Both the position numbers and the translations under genes were made by a program. A stretch of DNA of 64,000 nucleotides from Tubulanus polymorphus. Taxonomy: Eukaryota; Animalia; Nemertea. The stretch lies in NCBI RefSeq assembly GCF_964204645.1, contig NC_134030.1, forward strand, positions 15,066,110-15,130,109, read 5' to 3'. Numbering within the stretch: the stretch's first letter is position 1; each line of letters starts with the position of its first letter. The notes under the pieces are model-generated. The model made no database searches. It had not been told where the DNA came from and saw nothing but the letters and a program-made list of their open reading frames with translations. Below, piece after piece: positions 53,701 through 64,000 of the stretch.

Positions 53701-56665
53701 GGCTTTCTTAGCTTCCACACTTCACAACCGAACCAACTGACCAACCAGTATATTTATTCCCAGTACGCACCAACCGGCACAGGCCTAACACTGTCAACTG
53801 TGTGTACCGTAGTAGGCTATCGATAATCACCTGATACTTTTCTGTCGTTTGTTTTCTCTCTGAGACGAACGTAATTCTGCACCGTAATTCTAGTAGCCCT
53901 CCGCGACTGAACGACCTTGATTTAAACTTGATCAATTCAAAATCTGTTTATTTACGCTTTTGGTTACATGAACTGATCAGCAATATACTTAAATGAAATA
54001 ACCGGAATAACAAGAAATCAAAAATATTAAAGAGGTAACAAACAAATGCCCGTAAACCTGTCAGACACGCAAACGCCGGACTCGTAAACTATTGGACTCG
54101 GACCCGCTGAGCAATAAATTCATAAAATTGACTTTGAAATTGATTGTGGAGAAGAGAGGGAATAATTCGATAGCTCTTCCTCATAAAGAAGAGAGAAGTT
54201 TCGGAAAGAAAGCACAACATGGCTACTAATTGAACGGAGCCAAAAATCCGATGTTTACGGCTCGACAGTGCCTTTATAACGTGGATTTATCAAAATTCCC
54301 ATGCAGTATCTGGAGATTGAAGTGAGCTGAAGGATATCATACGGATTGTATCGGCGACAGCGGTAAGGTAAGGAAGCCTTTACACTTTTAACCAAAACTG
54401 TGTGGAAAAGGGGAAAAAATAATAATAATCACGTGAATTTCAATAGGGTTTTCTGTGAAGGAACAGAAAACCCTAAATATATCTTTGTTGAAAATGTTTA
54501 CATAAATTCAGTCATGAAAATGCATTATCAAATCATAAGCAATTGTGTGATAATCATGATCATTGTAAATTAATCCTGCCAACAGAAAAAGATAATACAT
54601 TAGAATTTAAAAAATATGATTACAAAAATGAAGTACCATTTGTAATATATGGTAATTTTGAGTCATTGAATAAAGAACTAACTGACCAAGATAGAAAAGA
54701 AATATATTATAAAAGAAAGATATTAAATTCTGGTGTAATTGATTATTCAGAACCACCAAAAACAAACACTAATAAAAAGATTCATCAGCTGCAGCCTTTG
54801 TATTGGATTATATGTAAAATCAGACTACCCAGAATTAGTTAAAAGTGAATATTATTATTAGAGAAATGAAAATTTCATTAATCATTGTTGACTTATTAAT
54901 TGAATATGATATAAAATTTAGTGAATTATTAGAAACAAATAAAGAAATCATAATGACAAGATACAGAAGAATTTGAGTTTGCAGATAAATGTTTTTATTG
55001 TGAAAAACTATATAATTTTAAAGATAAAAAGTTAGAGATCATGATCATTTGAATGGAAAGTTTTGAGGCGCAGCGCATGGGAATTGTAACTTACAAGCTA
55101 AGCAAAATATTGTTCCAGTAATAATTCATCAGGGTATGATGCTCATTTATTCAATAAACAACAAATGTCATAAAACAGAAGAAATTAATAATGATATAGA
55201 AATATTAAATTCTAATAGATCGAAAGATGTAGACAAAATACCAACTTATAAATCATTGGTTGATGATGAATTAAAAATTATTGAAACAACATTATCCAAG
55301 TGATGATGATTTTCAATTAATCAAAAATATGCGATACCATATTCTTTTTATAAATCGCATAATGAATTTAATATAACTGAACTTACAAAAGAACAATTCT
55401 ATGATGAATTAAAAAATGAATATGTTGAAGATGAAGTTTATAATAGAACATTGAATATTTGGAAACATTTTGGATTTATTATTATTAACTGATATATTCG
55501 AAAGGTTTAGAGATGTTAAATTTTTTGATATCGATCCTTGCCACTGTTATTCTAGTCCAGGTTTAACTTGGGACTGTGGTTTAAAATTTACAGATATAAA
55601 AATGGATTTATTAACAAATATAGATCAATTATCATTATTTGAAAAATCTATAAGAGGAGGCGTTCCAGGTGTATAAGGTGATAGATATTTCAATGTTAAT
55701 GATAATCCTTGATATAAGTTCTTATATATAGATGCAAATAATTTATATGGTTGGGCAATGATGGAACCACAGCCTTATGGAGTATTTAAAATAACTGAAA
55801 TTATACAACATGAAAATGTTGATAAATTTTATTGGAAGAAAAGAATTGTAGATATTGCAGATGACGCTGATCCTGGATACTTTTTCGTAGTTGATTTAGA
55901 ATATCCTGAACATATTAAGTTTAAATCTAGAGATCTAGCATACTGTCCCGAACTTAAAACTGTTACACATGAAGAACTGTCAAGTTATCAAAAAAGAATT
56001 AAACCTGTAAATCATATTCATACAGAAAAGTAAATGGTGTCTCAGGAAGGTAACTAAAATTATGTAGTGCATTATCGGATGTTAAAATTTTATTTGAAAC
56101 AGGGAATGATATTTAAAAAAGTATATAGATATATTTCATTCAGTCAATCTAAATGGTTACAAAAATATATAGATTTTAACACTACACAAAGAAATGAAGG
56201 TAAAACTGATATCGATAAAGATTTCTTAATGAATAATGCATTCTATGTAAAAACTTGTGAGAATATAAGAAGTAGAAATGATATTGAGTTAGTTAGTAAT
56301 GGAAACAGAATTAGGTATTAACAATCATATCCTAAGTTCATAGGTAACAGAATATTTGTTGAAAGTTTAGCTGCTGTTAAAATGAAAATAACAAGTACGA
56401 AGTTCAATAAACCTAGTTATGTTGGAGCATAAGTTTTAGAAATATCAAAATTATTGATGTATGAATTATATTATAATGTTTTGCAACCACATTTTGGACA
56501 AAAACATATAGAAATCTTATATTTTAATACCGATTTTACATATTAAAGATAAAAACTAATAATCTAACAAATGATTTAAAAACATTAAAACATAATTTTG
56601 ATTTCAGTAACTATCCTATAAAATCATGAATTGTTTAGTAATGAAAATAAAAAGGTGCCAGGGTG
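50799..56665 (+). pseudogene. polB: Polinton/Maverick-type protein-primed DNA polymerase B, decayed, split by HINE A, C-terminus missing
   Basis: SSYIKLP, INVFD, PFVIYGNFES (ExoI), RDHDHLNGKF*GAAHGNCN, DLLLLTDIFERFR, DPCHCYSSPGLTWD, SIRGG, YIDANNLYGWAM, MNNAFY.KT.EN, YFNTD, NKKVPG. Confidence 0.9.
51639..54476 (-). mobile_element. HINE family A, complete 2.8-kb copy inserted in polB
   Basis: One end has the gctgc-caa-gcagc hairpin plus gggttttctg subTIR; the other has the gggttttctg...cagaaaaccc palindrome; inserted in an A-run (TT on the minus strand) without a clear TSD; polB reading resumes after it. Confidence 0.82.
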
Positions 56666-56819
56666 AAATATAGCTGCAAGGCAGCGATAACGGGTTTTCT
56701 GCACTGTCTGAAAATCCTGTTCAACAGTCAACACAGTTTAATAAAAGGAAGGTCGACAAACAGTCAATTATACCTACTTGAAGCCATGGACGACTGAACC
56801 AGATGGTTTTATTTGACTC

Positions 56820-57090
56820 TGGAAAATCGACTGTTAGCCTTAATTAGTCTTTATGGATTTCGACACAAAGCATTTGATAAGGTACAACATCAACCATTAC
56901 TAAAAAAACTATTGGGAAACAGTATCAATGATGGGTCGCTGAAATTGTTCAGCAGTTATCTCCGAACGAAAACAGGTGGCCGAAATCAACGGAACGCCTC
57001 ATCATGGAATAAGTCGATCTAACTACGGGAGTCACGCAAGGTAGTATCCTAAGTCCTCTTCTCTTCTCTGTCGCGATAAATAATATACAC
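56820..57090 (+). pseudogene. CR1-like RT fragment inside the HINE
   Basis: KAFDKVQHQPLLKKL...GVTQGSILSPLLFSVAINNI. Confidence 0.72.
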
Positions 57091-58279
57091 ATGAGTAATC
57101 CAAAATGTACCGGACCGAGTAAATTTCCAAAATGACCTTAACAAGCTGTGTTTCGTATATGGTCAGAAACATAAAAGATGGGCTTCAAACTAAAAGGCGT
57201 GATATGGATATTGGATACAAAGAAGAGTGAGTTTGTGTTCGAGTGAGAAGATTATTTTGTTCGAATAAAGATTACTTATTTCAACGAAAAGACCATTTAG
57301 TTCCATCAAAATGTTATTGTTTCGAACGAAAAATGCTTCGATCGAACAATATACTTGTTCGAACAAAAAAAATTAATATTCCGATCAGAAAATTTCGTTC
57401 GAATGAAAACGAAAAACTTTTGAGTCCCGACAAAAAAATTTGTTAAGAGAAAACAATTTTATTCGAATGGATGTTTGAATGAAAACGTTTCTGTTCCATC
57501 GAACAATTTGTTCGAGCAAAAAACGTTTCATCAAAGAAAAAATTTGTTTAAACGAAAACAACTTTTTCCGACGAAATCTTGAATGAAAATCTTCATTTGC
57601 CAATAAAATATCGTTTATAAATGTGATTGATCATTGGAAGTTAGAACCAGTTTGATAACTTATATATGCCTTCTAATAAATCTGATTCCTCCTTTACAGG
57701 GAACTTAGCTTTAACCTAGTAGAGGCAACTAGCCTCTGTAGGCTTACGTATGTGCGTAGGCCTTGCATCCGGACAGATTGGTCTAGGCCTATGGAATTTC
57801 AACCCTCCTAAAAATAAACATCGTAATCCTACACCTTATTCAACAGGGATAGGTCTCTGGGGTATTCAATTCGTAAAATTGATTTCATTTTCGGATTATG
57901 AAGAGAGAAATCTTTTGTAATTCGTAGCAATGTTGCCGGATTTTTATTTCTATTTTGTTTTTAAGTTCAATCCAATGAGTCCGTTAATAAACGCAAGAAT
58001 TATACTGTGTTTGTTTGAGACATAAAAGCTCAGTGCCGGTAGGCCTAAAGTCGCGTACAACTCGATAAACACTTCAAGTGACACAGCGAACGATCTCCTT
58101 TCCCCCGCGGCGAACGTCTACTCCGAATATCAAGCGTGATTCCAGCTTACGGATAAGAGTATGATATATACTTTTATTTAGTAAATACCTCGTGGATTTG
58201 ACAATGATCGGTATGTACTGTAGGAAATATAGAGTATTGATAAATGGTTGAAGCTTGAAGCCGCGGCTGAATGAAGTAA

Positions 58280-58408
58280 TTAGGGTTTTCTGTTTCTTCA
58301 CAGAAAACCCTATTGAAATTCGCGTGATTATTATTATTTTTTTCCCTTTTCCACACAGTTTTTGTTAAAAGTGTAGAGGCTTCCTTACCTTACCACTGTC
58401 GCCGATAC
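58280..58408 (+). mobile_element. Inverted HINE A 5' end fragment
   Basis: Reverse complement of 9641-9769. Confidence 0.8.
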
Positions 58409-58729
58409 GTAGGTCGGCCTTGAGACACAATGCGATTTCGCGTTGCATCGCAAGTTTCGGTGCAAGTGGGTTGCGATACAATTGTCAGCGACTGTGTGCG
58501 ACTAGTTTCTGCCAGTCGCAAGGGGGCGTAGGTCGGATGTGACAGTCGTGTCGCGTCGCAGAAAGTAGAACACGTGCGACTCCTTGTGACTTGCGTTGCT
58601 GACAGTCGCAACCCGTCGCAAGGGAGCGTAGGTCGATGAGTCGTTGCGACACAATCGTCGCTGCAATCGCAGGGAATGGCGTCGCAGTGAGTCACAAGCC
58701 GTCGCAAGGCCGACCTATGCCCAGCTTAA
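58409..58729. mobile_element. Palindromic MITE (Harbinger-like), left end truncated
   Basis: taggtcggccttg / caaggccgaccta inverted arms, many gtcgca/tgcgac motifs, right end ...cccagct-taa. Confidence 0.55.
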
Positions 58730-60170
58730 GTCATTAGGAATTAATGAAATACCAGTTTCATTTATGATGAAAAAACTCAAATGAAAAGTCTTGCTTATAA
58801 AGCTGACTGCTCAGACGGAATTTTCAAAAAAACTTCATTTTTGACAATAAAATAGATAATTGTGATTAATCGTTGCAAGTCACAACCAGTTAATCACTAA
58901 TTAACATGCATTTTAATAAATTTGATTCCTCCTTTACAGTGAATTTAGCTTTAACCTAGTAGAGGCTACTAGCCTATGTAGGCCTATATATATGCGTAGG
59001 CCTAACATCCGGACAGATTTGTCGTAGGCCTATTGAATAACAACCCTCCTAAATATCGTAAATTTTGTTTTGAAGTTCAATCCAATGAGTCCGTTAATAA
59101 CCGCAACATTTCTACTGTGTTTGTTTGAGACAGTAAAGGTCAGTACCGGTAGGCCTAGCCTTAAGGTCGCGTAAAACTCGATAAACACATCAAGCGACAC
59201 AGCGAACGATCTCCTTTCCCCCACAGCGAATGCTTACTCCGAATGTCAAGTGTGAGTCCAGCATACGGATAGGAGTGTGTTATATACTTGTATTTAGTAA
59301 AAACCTTGTGCATTTGACAATGATCGGTATGTATTGTAGGAAATATAAGAGTATTGATGGTATTTATATAGAGGTTGAAGCCCGCGGCCGAATAAAGTAA
59401 TATATTCTTTTATTTTGATACCTCATCGACATAACAGCTTTTCTCCGCTATATCTCTTCGGCGTGTTTAGTTTAGGCCTACGAATCCCCGGTACACTAAA
59501 GATTTATTTTAGTAAATACACGGTTAATTTGGTAAAGAAAAATAGCTATTGTTAAACTAACTCCTTGAAACCCACAGCCAAATCTCTGGTAGTAATAAAT
59601 TAATTTGTACTCGATTTGATTCTCATGATGAGGAGAAACTCGCAGCTGATCCCCGGAATGACGATGTAGTGACACACGTCGATTCGTCGATGTTTACGGC
59701 TCGAAAGTGCTTTTAAAATCTAAAGTAGTAAATTTCCAGTGTATCGGTAATATGATTTGATGAGGAAAATGGGCTATTGTTAAAATCTTGAAGACCGCGG
59801 CTGAATGTGCAGTCCGCGGCAGTAAATTACTTCATTTATACTTGGATTGATAATCGAAGTGACTATCGGCCTGCGGGTTGATTTCGGGATGACGACTCGA
59901 AAAACATGTCGCCCCATTGAAAGGGGCTAAATTTTCGATGTTTACGACCCTAACCCTAACCCTAGCTTTTGTAACGATGATTCGTGAAAAAACATGCGGA
60001 GTATTTGTAGATCTCAGTGAGCTGAACGATATCATACGGATTGTATCGACAACAGTGGCAAGGTAACAAAGCCTTAGTTCTTTTAGTGAAAATAGTGCGA
60101 CATAAAATAATAATAAGAAGAAACACGCGAATCTCAATAGGGTTTTCTGTGATGTAACAGAAAACCCTAA

Positions 60171-62489
60171 TAATATGTTCAGCAGCAAAGTTAAGAATAT
60201 TCCCAGCAGATTTTAAAACAAAACCAATAATTGATGCAATAATTCCGGGTAAAGCTGCAGCAGATTTTTTAGATAATTCCCATCGATATTTTGCTAATTT
60301 CTTCAAACCATCTTTCACTTTATCTTGTATAGAATTATTATCATTTGGAGGTTTATCCGGTTTATTGCGTGTAGTAGACGTAGATTTTAATGAATTTGAT
60401 ATTGCTAAACATATTGTTGTGAATACCATAGTTACAGCTGTTAGAATTGAAAGAATTGTTATACTTTCTAACTTAACCCTTACAACCCCACTACCGTATG
60501 CCATATCTATCAGTATCAGCCGGTGCTGCCATCTGCATAAAATCAAAGATTGCAACAGCCATGACAAAAACAATTTGGCTGGATGAAACGGTTCAGCAGC
60601 TCGTATATGATACTGACAGTGATGCTGGTGACTTGGAATTTGGTAGTGACCAAATTGAGAGTGACAACGAATATGACAGCAGCAGTTCAGATGATGTGAC
60701 TTAGTCAGAAAGTAGGTTTATAGTGCCAGCAATGATTTTGATGATGAAATCAGTGACAATTTTTTTAGACCCTGTTGATACGGTTGTCATGGCAACGGAC
60801 ACCAATAACAATAATGAAGAACCAGAAACTGTCCATCTTCAAGGTCACATATATTCAAATAATTTGTGTTATTTGTAAGCTCAATGGTTATCAACACCAT
60901 GGTATACAATGTATCAGTGTCAAATACATAGGTAACAATTTTCTGAGGCCTGAAATTATACCCCAATGAAACCCCTTACATCCGGCCTTCCGACATATCG
61001 GTGAAGTTGGTAAATGAGTGGAAAAATAAATTTTTCTAGTTGTTCTATTGCTTTGAAATTTTTACTACATAAAGTAAGGAAATATGGCATACAATTTCAG
61101 TTGGAATTGAATAGATCAGTGCATTTTTCTGGGAGACAGAGCAGTTACCCGAAACTTTTTCGTGAATTTTTTTCATGGCAGCTATCTTGGAGTATGTGAC
61201 CTTGACCTCAAGTTCACTAATATCCAAATTATTTATGTCTAAATTGTTGGCCCAAAAGTTATCAACAACATGCTATATAAATTTTCTGTGTCAGATACCT
61301 TGGTAACTATCCTATAAAGTTTCAAATATAACCCTATAAACCCCTAAATTCCCTCCGGTACAGCAGTGGAGACACTATGTGGTATTGAAAGGGTTAAATA
61401 ATAATTTTATTCTATCTTTTAATGATATTTCAGAATTTGGTTTTATCAACAAATCTTTAAAAATAACTTTTAATCTACTAATATTATAATCATATGATTT
61501 AAATGATAATTTAATTTCTTTTTCTGTAATTCTATGTTATATTTTAAATCATTTTTTCCTTTTTCTATATATGCATTTCTTTTTTTAAATTCAATTTCTT
61601 CAATAACTTTATTATCTCTATCTAACTTTAATTGTTCTATTTCTTTAATTTTATCAGTTCTATCTTTTTCTAAAGTTTGTAATTTTAAAATCTCTTATAC
61701 TTTTAGCATGTGCAATTTTATCAGATGCAAGTCTTATACTAATAATTTCTCTAATTGCTTTATCAGAAAATACACTTAAATCTTCTAATTCTTGATCTGT
61801 TGCATATAGTATCCCATTTGGTAAAAGTTTTCAATTGGAATTTTATTCTATTTAAGTTTATTAGTTTTGGAAGTTATATTCTGTTCAGAGGTTGTTTCTG
61901 TTTCTAAATTATTATTGATTGTTTCAAATAAGTCATTAATTCTTTGTTTAAATACTCTTTTATTTTGATTTATTTCTTCTTGTGTAACATTTTCTATTTC
62001 ATCACTATTACTTATTCTTTTAATTCTAGATGGTTCTAAATTACTCAGTTAAATTACTCGTCTAATATTTTATTTTGATTTTCATAAGAGATATCAATAT
62101 AATAATCATCTTTCAAATGATAATTATATTCACCATTATCTAAAAGTTTTAATTCTCTTACTAAAAGTCTAGCACCTCTATCATTTATATTATATCCAGA
62201 TTTTTCAAATATAGGTTTGAAATTATAAATATATTCATTATATTCTAAATTTTGTTTTACTTAATCTGGATTTTCATTTTCAGAATTTATTCTCGATCTA
62301 GTTTTTTATTAACTCGTCTGTTGACGGGGCTTTAGAACTACTATCTGCTAAATTAGAATTATATGCTGATCCATCATCATTATCCATATTAGTTTCATTA
62401 AAATCAGGTTGTGGTTCATCAGGTATAAATCCTTCATTATTATTTCCCATTTCTCCCATTTCATAAGCTTCTCCAACTTCTAGATCCAT
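60171..62489 (-). pseudogene. Polinton-like gene: acidic N-terminus, coiled coil, C-terminal hydrophobic/amphipathic helices
   Basis: MDLEVGEAYEMGE...; after removing the piggyBac-like insert it reads SLKDRIKLLFKLESITILSILTAVTMVFTTICLAI...AAALPGIIASIIGFVLKSAGNILNFAAEHI. Confidence 0.65.
60477..61393 (+). mobile_element. piggyBac-like deletion derivative (917 bp)
   Basis: TTAA TSDs (60473-60476, 61394-61397); TIR cccttacaaccccac / gtggtattgaaaggg; acidic ORF relic resembling a transposase N-terminus; removal restores the host frame. Confidence 0.8.
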
Positions 62490-62505
62490 TTATATCATAT
62501 AAAAA

Positions 62506-63852
62506 TTAAAATTTAAAATATAATATTCCTCAAATTACAATTCCTATACAAGTTATAGCTAATTTGGTATATCATGTTGAATAATATCAGATTTTATATT
62601 TTCTGACGTATCATAATCTTTTATTTTAGAATCATTATTTAATTTGATATTTTTAGTTTTAGTTTCTGTTGATTGAATATGTTTTTTAATTTTTTCACCT
62701 TCCATTAGTTTTGGAGCGGTAATAATCTTTTTATTTATGTCATTTAATTCAAATGAATTATTTATTGTTGCAGTCTTAATTAAATTATTATAACAATTAT
62801 ATTTCCCATCTTTAATATTAAAATCATCAGAAATAATAAATAAATTAGGTCCTATACAATAACTTAATCTTACATGAGATTTATCTAAATAATTTTTATA
62901 CCTGACTATATTTTCTGGAATCGATATATTTTTATTATTATGAATGGAATCTTCAAATAAAACTTTAAATTGTTTTTGTGTATCAAATGATGTATTTAAA
63001 TTTCCAATTATCGGGTATCTTGTTTCAACTTGAGCACCTAGGATACATATCAAATAAGTTCTAATTGATTGATTTATTCTTTGTATACCTGATTTTGTAA
63101 ATCCTTCACTATTTTCTAAAATAAAATAATCCCAACCATTATTGTTTTCTTGTTTTAAATTATCATCGAATTTCGGTAATTTTTTTCAAATTTAATGTTT
63201 CTAAATCCTTAGTTTCTATTTTACCATAACCTAATTTATCATTATAGATATTATAAAAGCTATAAGATGGTATGGGAAGTGTACAATATGCTGCAACATT
63301 TTCTGGGCAAGGAACTGATCTTATTGTTCCAATTTTTGTTCTAAAATCAGAATGATTTATATCTATATCAAATTCATTACAAACTTTATAAAACTTTGAT
63401 AAATTAATATTATTATCTAATTCTTTAAAATATCTAGACCCTGGCAAAGGAGTCTCTAATTCATTTAATATTAATCTTATTTGAAAATAAGTATGGAATC
63501 TAAATAAACTTTGAATTAATTCATATTTTGAATTATTCAAATGATCATTCCAACTAATTCCACATCCTGTTGTTGCACAATAAACAGCAAAATTTAATTG
63601 GTTCTGCCAATACTTCATATTAGATTTTAATAATCGTTGTTTTTCATCTTTCAATTTTTCAAGATTAATTAAATATACATGAAATATATTTTCCATCTTT
63701 GCATTAAAATTATTAGTTTCAGTAACATAAATATCTAAATTAATTAATGAATTTAAAACTTCATTTCTATATGAAATATCTTTATTAAAATCTATTGCAG
63801 GAATATTATATTTAATTGATTTATTATATTGAAAAGCTTTTGGAAACCCCAT
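62506..63852 (-). pseudogene. Polinton-like conserved hypothetical protein (WQNQLNFAVYCATTGCG motif) with C-terminal hydrophobic anchor
   Basis: ORFs 63163-63852 and 62559-63053 join across a frameshift via GFTKSGIQRINQSIRTY; the shifted tail reads KLAITCIGIVI*GILYFKF*. Confidence 0.62.
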
Positions 63853-63868
63853 TTATATAATAAGAAAA

Positions 63869-64000
63869 TTAATAATTTACTAATTCTTTTAATAATTTAT
63901 CTTGTTCTTCAACTGTTATATTACCATTTTATTATATAATCTAATGTATTTTTTAATCTATTAATTTCTTTTATATTAGATTTTATTTTTTCTTAGCTAA
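63869..64000 (-). pseudogene. 3' end of a further Polinton-like gene
   Basis: EKIKSNIKEINRLKNTLDYI / NGNITVEEQDKLLKELVNY*; runs off the window. Confidence 0.45.

Larger units (their letters stand above)
56666..60170 (-). mobile_element. Composite HINE family A-type region
   Basis: Both family-A termini are present; diverged internal direct repeat at about 57590-58279 / 58833-59401; flanks are non-contiguous. Confidence 0.72.

Noticed and set aside
59947-59964. (CCCTAA)-type telomeric repeat
   Set aside because: Under three units, inside a HINE; not evidence of a telomere or fusion.
59962-60573. 203-aa ORF as a real gene
   Set aside because: It is a chimera of piggyBac end, Polinton gene fragment and HINE end.

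Overview
AT-rich eukaryotic (animal, probably invertebrate) DNA made almost entirely of nested mobile elements; there are no rRNA, tRNA or CRISPR loci. (1) 1-9.8 kb: a Helentron-type non-autonomous element (HINE) is split by an 8.2-kb DNA transposon with a 9-bp TSD. That transposon holds a 5'-truncated LINE joined to a near-intact full-length relative. In the full-length copy, ORF1 and ORF2 are in frame and separated only by one TAG, with no ATG before the endonuclease domain. (2) 10-35 kb: LINE relics, a decayed CR1-group LINE with a zinc-knuckle/esterase ORF1, a 405-bp (GT)n tract, MITEs, and a candidate host exon encoding a signal peptide plus a furin site. (3) 35.8-64 kb: a decayed Polinton/Maverick-like endogenous viral element. 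It has a protein-primed PolB with an embedded HNH motif and converging genes for C-terminally anchored membrane proteins separated by a conserved 16-nt spacer. It is riddled with HINEs, a Gypsy LTR retrotransposon (itself carrying Mutator-like and Academ-like elements) and a piggyBac-like element. Family assignments come from motif recognition by eye; no database search was run.
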